Of a stretch of DNA of 64,000 bases, positions 27,208 through 36,874 are shown piece after piece. Location: positions 64,001 to 128,000 of the IMG/VR virus record IMGVR_UViG_3300013368_000005. One strand, written 5' to 3'. This DNA is from a virus. Lineage: Duplodnaviria; Caudoviricetes. The notes under the pieces were generated by a model. The model had not been told where the DNA came from. It saw nothing but the letters and a program-made list of their open reading frames with translations, and did no database searches. Positions within the stretch are counted from its first letter, which is position 1; the number at the start of each line of letters is the position of its first letter. The translations under genes were made by a program, and so were the position numbers.

Positions 27208-28413
27208 TTATGAGAAATAAGCACCACCAAGTGTAATCCATCCAGAAGTTGTTTTTAATTTTATTACTTTATTTATACTATCTATCCATAACTCATTTTC
27301 TAAAGCATTAACAGGTTCCATAGTCTGAATGTAATATGTCGGTTTCTTAGATAGCATGGCATCAACTTCAGATTTTGTATATACCATATTAGTATCTACC
27401 TTAGAAGCTATCTGTTGGATTATAGTGCTTGACATATTGGGATTACTTGCCAACATATTAGAAAGTTGGGTCAAAGTAGCTAAATCTGTTGGGGAAGCAT
27501 TGATTATACTTTGAATTAAATCTTGAGTTTCTTGTTTTGTATAAGTATTATATCCATCAGCCTTTGATGTAAAGTAAGTTATTTGATCTTCGGTAACAAA
27601 TTTGTTATACATATCTTGAACTATACTCTCTGCTCTGATAGCTATATCATCAGCAAGTTTTATTGATGTTATAGATTTATCTGCATAATTTTTGGTTGTA
27701 AGAACTGTATTGGCGTTTAAATCATAAAATCTAGTATAAAAAAATATAAATAATGCAAACTCTCCTTGATTTAGGGCATCATTTGGGTTTTTAATTACTA
27801 AATCATCGCCTTTTACTTCATACTTTCCACTAAAATTATAGCCTCTAACAATTACAGCCATCTTATCTTGAGCCAAATCATAATTAGCTATCGGATATGG
27901 TATTTTTATTATCATCTGTTTATCTCTAGTAGCATGTACATAAATAGATTTACTAGCTGTAACTGCTATTTTATCAATAGCCTCTAAGGATTCTGCTAAT
28001 GTACTTCCATCTTCCATAATTACAACACTTGATAATGTTGTAGGAGCGATACTCTGCTCCATTGCAGCATAAAGTCCTTTTGTAGAATAAGTACTTTGTA
28101 AGAACTCATCTGAAGAGAATGCTGTTGTTAAGAAATCTTGTTGATCTTGTATAGTAAGCCATATTAAACCATCGTGCTTGTATACATTACCAGTTTCTTT
28201 AACATAATAAACTTTAGTCATTGACGTATATTGTAATAGGTCTTTATCAGCTTCGGTTGATAGATATATTATTTCATTTAATATTATACGTTGTTCATCT
28301 GATAGATCAAAAAAAGATTCTTTTGTATCAGTGCAATATATTATTTGATTTGTAAATAATCGAGTATTTCCTAACATATCTCGTATTATTTCTTTATAAC
28401 TAACAAATGACAT
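27208..28413 (-). CDS. tail fibre protein
   Basis: IINASPTDLATLTQLSNML (fibre motif variant), YTKSEVD, ENELWIDS; N-terminus paralogous to 23510..25090; late motif at 28439-28450. Confidence 0.8.
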   Translation of the reverse strand: MSFVSYKEIIRDMLGNTRLFTNQIIYCTDTKESFFDLSDEQRIILNEIIYLSTEADKDLLQYTSMTKVYYVKETGNVYKHDGLIWLTIQDQQDFLTTAFSSDEFLQSTYSTKGLYAAMEQSIAPTTLSSVVIMEDGSTLAESLEAIDKIAVTASKSIYVHATRDKQMIIKIPYPIANYDLAQDKMAVIVRGYNFSGKYEVKGDDLVIKNPNDALNQGEFALFIFFYTRFYDLNANTVLTTKNYADKSITSIKLADDIAIRAESIVQDMYNKFVTEDQITYFTSKADGYNTYTKQETQDLIQSIINASPTDLATLTQLSNMLASNPNMSSTIIQQIASKVDTNMVYTKSEVDAMLSKKPTYYIQTMEPVNALENELWIDSINKVIKLKTTSGWITLGGAYFS

Positions 28414-28473
28414 ATTAAATCCTCCTTTATAAATTAATTAATATTATGTTATCTTTATGGATAGATACAAAGA

Positions 28474-28505
28474 ATAACACTTCTTGAATTAACAAGAAGT
28501 GTTAT
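28474..28505 (-). terminator. intrinsic terminator
   Basis: ATAACACTTCTTG-AATTAA-CAAGAAGTGTTAT. Confidence 0.8.
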
Positions 28506-28508
28506 ATT

Positions 28509-29027
28509 TTAGTCTAGCATATCATCCCAACTAGGAATCTTTTTATCTAATTCAGCTTTTAGAGTATTTAATGATGTTTTAAATACAAAATAAGAGACTA
28601 TACTATTTTCTGCATAAATTGGGATTAAGTCCCCATCTGCTCCATGCATAGCATTTGCTTCTTCCATTGTTGATACTATATTAGCAAATACTTTAAGCCA
28701 TTTATCATCAAACCATATATATCCTGAACCAGTATTATATAATACATATATAGTGCCTTCTTCACCTACATCAGGTAAAGAATATACTAATTGTGCACTA
28801 TTAACATCGTCTTGTAGTGCTAAAGCTTTTAATTCTTTATTTGAATTAATTATATATGCTTTATTTGAACCATTGTCAGTGGTAACACCTATAACTTGAT
28901 TAATATAAGATGTTGGACTATTTGCATATGCAATTGCCTCATTTATAGTATTAAAAACTGTATCGACATCTAAGGGACCACTAAATAATCTCTTATAACT
29001 TAAAACCATTGAAGTACCTGTTGCCAT
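28509..29027 (-). CDS. putative tail/structural protein
   Basis: KR...PLD N-terminal motif and LPDVGEEGTIYV motif seen in phage fibre-associated proteins; late module. Confidence 0.6.
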   Translation of the reverse strand: MATGTSMVLSYKRLFSGPLDVDTVFNTINEAIAYANSPTSYINQVIGVTTDNGSNKAYIINSNKELKALALQDDVNSAQLVYSLPDVGEEGTIYVLYNTGSGYIWFDDKWLKVFANIVSTMEEANAMHGADGDLIPIYAENSIVSYFVFKTSLNTLKAELDKKIPSWDDMLD

Positions 29028-29040
29028 TTTAAATCCCTCC

Positions 29041-30219
29041 TTAAATAGTTACAGTATACGTATCTGAACTTACGAATGGAATACTAGGTGTATAAATATA
29101 TACTTTATATTCTATAGGTTCATAACTATTAACACCGCTTACTTGAATTAATTGTTTTGTAAAAGTATTTTTAACATCTAAATTTAATGCACTAGATATT
29201 ACACTTGTAATATCTCTTAATGCAGATGGATAAGCAAATATTATCATTGATGTACCAAGTGATATATTTATAGTTAATTTGCTTCCATTAATAGGATCTA
29301 ATACATTTTGAGGTAAAGCTCTAATATTATCACTATCAATAGTGTTTATTGTGGATATTAGACTACCATAGAAGGCTTTTCTTTTACCTATATATTTTAG
29401 TGTAGACGAAAGTGTTCCTGCATTTATTTGACCTATCGGATAATCGTTACCTAAATTATCTTGTTTTATAGCTCCTTGATTATAATCTACAGTAGATGTG
29501 AATTTTAGATTTTCACCATCTGGCACAACTATACTAGTTTGTGAATAAGGTTGGATAACCAAAGTATCTACGACCTTAGTAGTACCTAACGAATCGATTC
29601 TGGATAGACTATATTTAGTTATATCTCCTGCATCATTTTTAATAAATGAACTATTTATAGTTGGAGAAATTGCAGAACCAGATTCTAAAGTTTGTATGCC
29701 TCCTGGTATTATTGATAAAATAGGCATTTTATAAATAGGAGGGATTATTTTTGCCATTTGATTTGCTATTATTGTTTGGATAGGAGTGCCAGATGGTATT
29801 ATATCTCCGTCTTTATATACTCCTATATTTTGTCCTATAACATTTATAGGAACAGTAGTTAATAGATTATCTGCTCCAGTTCCTATACCAGTTTTTATAT
29901 ATTCTCTAATAGCTTCAGCGGTTACTAATCCGACTGTAGATTCATCCATTATATTAGAAATGTCTGGAATTAACTGTTTCCACTCTATCCCATTCCATAT
30001 ATTTACACTTAAATTTGGTAATATATAGATTTTATTTTTACCTGCAACGGTAGGTAACTCATTTACAAATGTTGCGTTTTGTGTATAACACTCATTCCCT
30101 TTATAAATTTCTTTTGTATCATTTATATAGTATAAAGCATTTGGATTTTTAATTTGTATTAATTCGTATTCCGAATGCGTAACATTAAACCATTGAATTA
30201 TATTGGTTATTTCAGCCAT
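29041..30219 (-). CDS. putative tail/structural protein
   Basis: KNPNALYYI and ELPTVAGKNKIYI motifs; beta-rich; late motif at 30238-30249. Confidence 0.65.
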   Translation of the reverse strand: MAEITNIIQWFNVTHSEYELIQIKNPNALYYINDTKEIYKGNECYTQNATFVNELPTVAGKNKIYILPNLSVNIWNGIEWKQLIPDISNIMDESTVGLVTAEAIREYIKTGIGTGADNLLTTVPINVIGQNIGVYKDGDIIPSGTPIQTIIANQMAKIIPPIYKMPILSIIPGGIQTLESGSAISPTINSSFIKNDAGDITKYSLSRIDSLGTTKVVDTLVIQPYSQTSIVVPDGENLKFTSTVDYNQGAIKQDNLGNDYPIGQINAGTLSSTLKYIGKRKAFYGSLISTINTIDSDNIRALPQNVLDPINGSKLTINISLGTSMIIFAYPSALRDITSVISSALNLDVKNTFTKQLIQVSGVNSYEPIEYKVYIYTPSIPFVSSDTYTVTI

Positions 30220-30254
30220 ACTAATACCTCCTTAAACTATGATGTTGTTATATA

Positions 30255-31286
30255 TTATTGTTTCCAAGCCAATAATGTATCTATTTCTTGTTTACTATAA
30301 TAGCTTCTAATTATGTCTTCTACAGAATAATATCCATCTCTAATATCTATTTTATCAAAGTATAAATCTTTCATTTCATTTACATCATAATATTCAGTTG
30401 CTAATTCTTGTTTAGAAACATAGTTTTGTTCTAGATAAGCTACATCTACTTCGACTTGTTCTTCACTTCCAGTTCCTATTTCTCCATAAGCAGAATATTC
30501 TGCCATCCAAGTATTACCAGAATCCCATGTTATAAACTTATATATTTGATGAGAGTTTGCAGCAGGTTGAACACCTCTATTATTTCTAAATAAGATATTT
30601 TCACCGAATTTAAATTCTGGTTTAAACGAATACGTTATTATATGCCAATATATTTCACAGAATTCATCTAATGTTTTTGGTAATATAATAGTAGCATTTT
30701 CATGCATATTGGTAGTCATTTGTCTTTTAATAGCTTTTAAATTCACTCTACCATTTACAGGTTCTATTTTTTCAACTCTTGTACTTTTAGTGGAATCTTC
30801 ATTATCTGGAATACCTCCCCCGCTACCATCAGGATTATCTCCAGCTATTGGTAAATCTGTCCATACTATACTTCCATTTTTCTTTTGAGGTACGGTTAAT
30901 TCTCTTGCAGTATCAAATCCGACTATTTGTATAAATGAATATTTACTTTCAATAGAAGATCCATCTAATTTACTAGCTTTAGGAATATAATGCATAGTTC
31001 TATTAGAATCTACTACCTGTAATGAATTATCTATAGCTGTTTTTATTTGAATAAGATATTCTGTTAAATTTATAGTACCCAATCCAGGAATGGTAATTTC
31101 TATTTTATCTCCGCCTATATTATCTATAGCATTTTTTATTTCGGATGTTACATCGATTAATTCCCCTGTAGAAGAAGCTATATAAATATCTCCAGTTTCA
31201 TAATTAATTACCAATTCCTTGGGCTTAGCCAAATGTTTATCTTTATAATCTAAAGGACTAAAAGGAACCCTTCCTAATTTTGCCAT
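30255..31286 (-). CDS. putative tail fibre/structural protein
   Basis: ELVINYETGDIYI N-terminal motif, TWDSGNTW, C-terminal Y[YF]xKxEI repeats; late motif at 31313-31324. Confidence 0.65.
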   Translation of the reverse strand: MAKLGRVPFSPLDYKDKHLAKPKELVINYETGDIYIASSTGELIDVTSEIKNAIDNIGGDKIEITIPGLGTINLTEYLIQIKTAIDNSLQVVDSNRTMHYIPKASKLDGSSIESKYSFIQIVGFDTARELTVPQKKNGSIVWTDLPIAGDNPDGSGGGIPDNEDSTKSTRVEKIEPVNGRVNLKAIKRQMTTNMHENATIILPKTLDEFCEIYWHIITYSFKPEFKFGENILFRNNRGVQPAANSHQIYKFITWDSGNTWMAEYSAYGEIGTGSEEQVEVDVAYLEQNYVSKQELATEYYDVNEMKDLYFDKIDIRDGYYSVEDIIRSYYSKQEIDTLLAWKQ

Positions 31287-31349
31287 AATATTTACCTCCT
31301 TTTAATAATATTTACATAAATGTTCTAAATAATTATAGACTAGCATCTG

Positions 31350-33602
31350 CTAGTCTATAATTTTATCATTTATATTTGCATCTAAAGCCCTAATAATAAC
31401 ATTTCCATCATTATCTGTTTCAGTAAATTCAGTATCATCGAAATCATATACAAATAATCCATTTTCAGAAGTTGCATGAGCAAGATAATAATCATATATA
31501 ACTTTATAGATTACTTCTTTCATCCCTATAGCATTTTTATTAACTATATCTTCTATATCGTTAATATTGCTTATACCAAATAAATCAGTTAATTCATTTA
31601 TATTAGTATTTATAGATTGTTCCATAGTGGATATATTATTCATAAATAATTCATATAATGTATTATCATTAGGAATATATTTTAGTATGGTTAGATTCTT
31701 TGAACTAGAAATATCTGTATCAATTATTTTTATCTTATTAGCATCAATATCTATTAATTGATCCTTTCTAAGCTTTCTTCCATTTATAAAGAATAATAAT
31801 AAATCTTTACTTAACGGATAATTTATGTCACTTCTACCAACTACAAGATTTCCTGTTATAGGCACATTAGGATTAACTGGAATTTCTTCTAGAATAAATG
31901 GCATATAAAAAACTTCCACTTTATCAGATTTCCTCAAAGGTATATTAGTATATATAGCAACTTCATCAAAAGGTCTAGTTGTCTTTATAATGGTAATCCT
32001 ATAATTCTCTCTAGGTATCATTTTACCATTTACATATACTAAAAATTTACTCTCATCATTACAGTACATAAAATCATTGTGAGGAAGTACAATATTATAA
32101 CATTCATCTTCTTGGATTATTTTAAACGAATATCTAAATATTGATTTAGGAACTAAGTCTAATGTCCTATCGTAATAATAAGAATTATCTGGATGTATTT
32201 TGACAGTATTATTATCTAATCTTCCAGCTATAAAAGAAATTTCATATTTTACGTCTTCTCTAGTTTCTGTATCAAAATCTTTATGATAAGCATCCATACA
32301 ATATATTTTACAATCATTTATATTAATACTAGAGCCTAGTTTCAATATACCTTTATCAGATGATAATAACTTTATTTTATAAATATTATTATTCACATTT
32401 TTAAGATACATTACTTCTATTATATCCGTATCAATAATATTTATAACAGGAAATGTGAAGTTTTTATTTTTATAAGCTATCTGTGAATATTGCTCATATA
32501 TCATACCATTTTTAAATACTATTACATAATTATCTAGATTGTCATTTCCTAGATTTCTAGACATAGTTACATAGCCAAAATTATCTTTTAGAGAATTTAT
32601 ATAATTACCACTATATTTTTTTATTGTAATAGGAGATTTATCTTCGTATACACTATTCATTAAAGATGAATTATAACTCATGATATAATTTAATGAATTA
32701 ATTAAATTTTGTTGATACGATAAATTCTTATCGTATTTAAAATCAAAGGGTTCTATCAATTGACTATAAGCACTATCCTGTTTATTTTTAAATTTATCAA
32801 ATAAATACCCTTTCTCTTCTATTCTTAGTAAGTTGTCTTTAGGATTATATAAAGTTAAATCATAAAATATCCTTGCTTCTAATATATCTCCACCATAAGA
32901 GTTTCCATCTATATCAAATGTATTTATCCCACATAAGGTTACTTCCGCATCCCTATGATATAAACCATTTTTAAATACTAATATATTTTCCCTAAGCAAT
33001 TTTATTTCTTTTGACGCACTCGAATATTGCCTTCTATTAGATTCTATAGACATACGTTCATAATATATATCTGTATTAGGAATATATATTGCTGTACAAA
33101 TATCTAAAACTTCAGTAGTTAATCTACCCCTACTATTGAATATAAAATGGGCATTATTAGGTTGAGACGTAATTTGTTCTTGGTATTGGACTGTATCTGG
33201 TAATATTATGCATCCTATTTCCTCTGGATTTACTCTTCTAGTTTCTACATTATTTATAAGGATATAATTGTATTTACAATCACAAATAATAATTATATCT
33301 GTCCATTTAATAAATTTACCATTTATAAATAGCATAAACGGCTTTATTTCTTTTTTAGATATAACTTTATCCAAAGTATCTGCATATACATGTCTCTTTC
33401 TATTAATCATAAATGGTAGATTACTGCATGTATATAATAGAGCAGTGTCCTTGTATTGTGAATGATTAAATCCATGTGTTCTAAAATTAAATCGTTCCTC
33501 TAAATTAAGTTTATAGTTATATGGAATTTTAAATTTTTGTTGATTAGACAGAGATGAATTGGTGTAATTTTTTAGACTTTCGATAGAATCTATAATATTC
33601 AT
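31350..33602 (-). CDS. large virion structural protein (baseplate/tail-associated)
   Basis: Repeated hydrophobic-F-x-NG units (LFINGK, VFKNGL, VFKNGM, VYVNGK, FFINGR) typical of jumbo-phage virion proteins. Confidence 0.65.
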   Translation of the reverse strand: MNIIDSIESLKNYTNSSLSNQQKFKIPYNYKLNLEERFNFRTHGFNHSQYKDTALLYTCSNLPFMINRKRHVYADTLDKVISKKEIKPFMLFINGKFIKWTDIIIICDCKYNYILINNVETRRVNPEEIGCIILPDTVQYQEQITSQPNNAHFIFNSRGRLTTEVLDICTAIYIPNTDIYYERMSIESNRRQYSSASKEIKLLRENILVFKNGLYHRDAEVTLCGINTFDIDGNSYGGDILEARIFYDLTLYNPKDNLLRIEEKGYLFDKFKNKQDSAYSQLIEPFDFKYDKNLSYQQNLINSLNYIMSYNSSLMNSVYEDKSPITIKKYSGNYINSLKDNFGYVTMSRNLGNDNLDNYVIVFKNGMIYEQYSQIAYKNKNFTFPVINIIDTDIIEVMYLKNVNNNIYKIKLLSSDKGILKLGSSININDCKIYCMDAYHKDFDTETREDVKYEISFIAGRLDNNTVKIHPDNSYYYDRTLDLVPKSIFRYSFKIIQEDECYNIVLPHNDFMYCNDESKFLVYVNGKMIPRENYRITIIKTTRPFDEVAIYTNIPLRKSDKVEVFYMPFILEEIPVNPNVPITGNLVVGRSDINYPLSKDLLLFFINGRKLRKDQLIDIDANKIKIIDTDISSSKNLTILKYIPNDNTLYELFMNNISTMEQSINTNINELTDLFGISNINDIEDIVNKNAIGMKEVIYKVIYDYYLAHATSENGLFVYDFDDTEFTETDNDGNVIIRALDANINDKIID

Positions 33603-34549
33603 TATATTGATTCTCCACCAACTCTTAATATTGCAGTAGCAAATGTAACCATATCTCTTCCAACAACTTTTTCAATTGTTTTTTGATTGTTTAAATAGCA
33701 ACCAACATAAACATTTGTAAGTAATGTTGCAAAAGAAGGATATAATTCTAATGCAAATTGAGTTCCAGTTCCATATAAATATAACCATTTTTCTAAAAAT
33801 ACTTCTAGAGTTAATTTAGGCAACCTAAGAATTTTACTTACATTATCTATAAATGTATTTATTGTAAGAAAAGCATCATCTGATAGTTGTATTAATAAAA
33901 TTTCTTGTTCTCTTTCTGATAGACCTGATACATTTCTAGCAACAGATTTTATACTATCAGTCATATCCTTATTTAATATATTTATTGAATAGTATAAACT
34001 AGCTAGATATAAACATTTAGATCTTGTAGCAGGAACAGTACTTATTTTATGAAGATAATCTACGATATGGGTAAATAACCCAGCAAAACATTTAGAACCA
34101 TTTTTTATTATTTCCTCCCTCATTACTAATCTTTTTGGGTCCATATAATAAATTAGTTGGTTCATAGCAGATACTAAATATGCTATAAATATATCTATAT
34201 TTACGCATTTATATTTACCATCTATTTTTTTTATTACATCACAGTCTATAAATACTTTTAATGCATTATCGCCTTTAATATCTTTAGCTGCAAAAGTTTT
34301 AAACGCTCTAGGTAATGGCGTTGGGTGAGTTAAAAGTATTACTTTTTTCGAATCGAGTACTTTTACCAATGCATTAGATACTTGTCTCTTCTTAACCTCA
34401 TATCTTATATCATCAAAGGAATCATCTAACTTATTTATTTCTTCAGCAGTCATCATGTACTCGTATAATCGTTTCTCATAATTAGCCTTATTATATAAAT
34501 AAGTATTAGCAAATGTTTTTGTTATTGGTCCTTTACTTAATTCTGGCAT
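33602..34549 (-). CDS. hypothetical protein, probable virion protein
   Basis: First gene of the late module; late motif at 34580-34591; translationally coupled to the next gene. Confidence 0.65.
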   Translation of the reverse strand: MPELSKGPITKTFANTYLYNKANYEKRLYEYMMTAEEINKLDDSFDDIRYEVKKRQVSNALVKVLDSKKVILLTHPTPLPRAFKTFAAKDIKGDNALKVFIDCDVIKKIDGKYKCVNIDIFIAYLVSAMNQLIYYMDPKRLVMREEIIKNGSKCFAGLFTHIVDYLHKISTVPATRSKCLYLASLYYSINILNKDMTDSIKSVARNVSGLSEREQEILLIQLSDDAFLTINTFIDNVSKILRLPKLTLEVFLEKWLYLYGTGTQFALELYPSFATLLTNVYVGCYLNNQKTIEKVVGRDMVTFATAILRVGGESI

Positions 34550-34664
34550 AATTTAGCCCTCCTTTTATTTCTTTATGTTTACATTTATGTTCACTATAAG
34601 GGGAAATATATAATTATATATTTTTAAAAGAGTAGTAGTATAGGAATTTATCCTATACTACTTT

Positions 34665-35528
34665 TTATTTTCTTTTTAATAACAATTCTTTAGAGACGAA
34701 GCCACTACTCTTTCCATGTCCACCGCCACCGAACTTCTCAGCTATTTTGCCACAGTTAATATCATCTTTAACAGTGAAAATAGAATACATATAAGCTTCT
34801 CCTGTAAATACATAACTACATACAAGATCATAATCGTTTATTTTATCTCCAAAAATAGCTGAATATGCTCTCCTATTTACAACTAAACACTTATGACCTT
34901 CTAATAAAGATTCATAAGCATATTTATTTAGATATTCTTTAAACTCTTGTTTATTATATTCATTAATCACTTTACCTTTTTCAATAAGCTCATTAATAAG
35001 TTTATTTTTATCATCATCTTCATTTAATTTTTCCCATATAGGATCTAGCGGACCATAGTTTGTTGCATTTAATCCTAATATAAAATATTCAGAGTCTTTA
35101 CCTAATTCAAATTTAAAACAATCAAAATCACTTACATATTGTATAAACAAAGGACAATCTTTTATGCTGTATAGATCTTCAAAATACATACAAGCTAGAC
35201 CCATACCAGATATACCCTCTAGTCTTAAACCTGCTATTTCTTCTTCTATCTCAGGATATTTCTCTATTAGTTTCATAGAAGATTGATGATGATCAATCCA
35301 AACTATATTTTTTGTAATTTTTCTCAACTCTTGTAGCACATTATAGGAAGATTCCTTAAAAGAATAATCTACTATATATACTTTTTCATTTTTAGAGATT
35401 TTATCTAATGGAAATGGCTTTAGATAATCTAATTCTATATAATCAGATTCTTTGGTATTTCCAGTGTGTTTTGATACTACATATGCAGCACCTCTTCCGT
35501 CTGCATCATCATGGTGTATAATTTTCAT
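34665..35528 (-). CDS. DHH-DHHA1 family phosphoesterase
   Basis: HHDDADG, IVDYS, WIDHH, GGGGH motifs. Confidence 0.9.
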   Translation of the reverse strand: MKIIHHDDADGRGAAYVVSKHTGNTKESDYIELDYLKPFPLDKISKNEKVYIVDYSFKESSYNVLQELRKITKNIVWIDHHQSSMKLIEKYPEIEEEIAGLRLEGISGMGLACMYFEDLYSIKDCPLFIQYVSDFDCFKFELGKDSEYFILGLNATNYGPLDPIWEKLNEDDDKNKLINELIEKGKVINEYNKQEFKEYLNKYAYESLLEGHKCLVVNRRAYSAIFGDKINDYDLVCSYVFTGEAYMYSIFTVKDDINCGKIAEKFGGGGHGKSSGFVSKELLLKRK

Positions 35529-35609
35529 TATTATCCCTCCTTTACAAATATGTTAAGCATACAAATTTATAATATTAATAACTTACTAATAATTGAAAGG
35601 GTGATTTTT

Positions 35610-36347
35610 ATGATTAAGAAATTATTAGAAGAATTATGTATAGATACAATTAAAGAAGATGAAGCAAAATATTTTTATAATGGAATAGGAGTTCCAAGAG
35701 TAACAGAAATTTTAAGTTCAATGTTGCATGAAGAATATTTAATGCAATGGGCTAATAGAATAGGTTTATATAGAAAAAAGAAATATGAAGATGAAAGAGA
35801 TAGAGCAGCATTTATAGGAACAAATGTACATGAATGTATAGAAAAATACTTAAAATGTAATAATTACGATATCATGAATATAGATGAATTATCTAAAGAT
35901 AAAGTGGTAATAAATTCTATAAATAATGGGGTTAAATCATTTATTTTATGGTACGATGAAATTATCAGAAATAATCAGTTTGAAATAATTGCTCAAGAAC
36001 AATCCTTATCATGTCAATGGTTTGGAGGCACATATGATATGTTATGTAAAATAAATGGTAAAATATATTTAGTAGACTTTAAGACGAGCAATCATATATC
36101 ATATAAATATTTCTTACAACTAGCTGCATATAGGTATATGATATTTTTGAATTTGGGTATAAATATAGATGGATGTATAATTCTCCAAGTTGATAAAAAA
36201 CAAATAGCATTTGAAGAATATGTATTAGATTTCTCAATAAAAAACCATTATGATTTTATAGAACAATGTTTCACTACATTCCTATCATTGATCTATGCCT
36301 ATTATAATAAAATGATTACTATAAATATGTATAATAATATTTTTTGA
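35610..36347 (+). CDS. PD-(D/E)XK exonuclease (RecB/Cas4-like fold)
   Basis: PRVTEIL, GTNVHECIE, GGTYDML, LVDFKTS, QLAAY; start refined to MIKKLL. Confidence 0.88.
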   Translation: MIKKLLEELCIDTIKEDEAKYFYNGIGVPRVTEILSSMLHEEYLMQWANRIGLYRKKKYEDERDRAAFIGTNVHECIEKYLKCNNYDIMNIDELSKDKVVINSINNGVKSFILWYDEIIRNNQFEIIAQEQSLSCQWFGGTYDMLCKINGKIYLVDFKTSNHISYKYFLQLAAYRYMIFLNLGINIDGCIILQVDKKQIAFEEYVLDFSIKNHYDFIEQCFTTFLSLIYAYYNKMITINMYNNIF

Positions 36348-36817
36348 TGAGGTGTTACAAAATGTATTTTGATGCTATTATGAAATATATGAATTTATAT
36401 AATATTAAAAGAAATAAATTATTTAAAAACATTTATAAGATGATATATTATTTTAAATATATAAAACCAATGATTGTGTTTGAAACAGATATATTGTCAT
36501 ATAAATATATTAAACCATTATATAATTTAGTAAATTTATTTGGTACTATAAAATATAATAAAGGGCAAATAAGTTCAATTAATAACAGACTGATTATAGA
36601 AAATATTATTATTTATAACAAGATTACAATTAATCTATATGATTATGATAAGGAAATAGAATTGATAATAGATAAAGATGATTCAACAAGGATTATTACA
36701 AATATAATCCATAGAACTTTTGATGAAGCGATAAAGGATGAATTAAATATATGTAATAAAATTATACAATATTGTATAAAACATGTTTGTAGGATAATAT
36801 TTTTAAGAAGAGGTTAA
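36344..36817 (+). CDS. hypothetical protein
   Basis: Operonic ORF followed by a hairpin; start uncertain. Confidence 0.6.
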   Translation: MMRCYKMYFDAIMKYMNLYNIKRNKLFKNIYKMIYYFKYIKPMIVFETDILSYKYIKPLYNLVNLFGTIKYNKGQISSINNRLIIENIIIYNKITINLYDYDKEIELIIDKDDSTRIITNIIHRTFDEAIKDELNICNKIIQYCIKHVCRIIFLRRG

Positions 36818-36874
36818 TCCTCTTCTTTTATTTTTTACTTTAACCTTAACAGATTAATAAAGGAGTGATTAAAT

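Noticed and set aside
35610-36347. Cas4 / CRISPR-associated locus
   Set aside because: No four-Cys Fe-S motif, no other cas genes and no array; a generic phage PD-(D/E)XK nuclease
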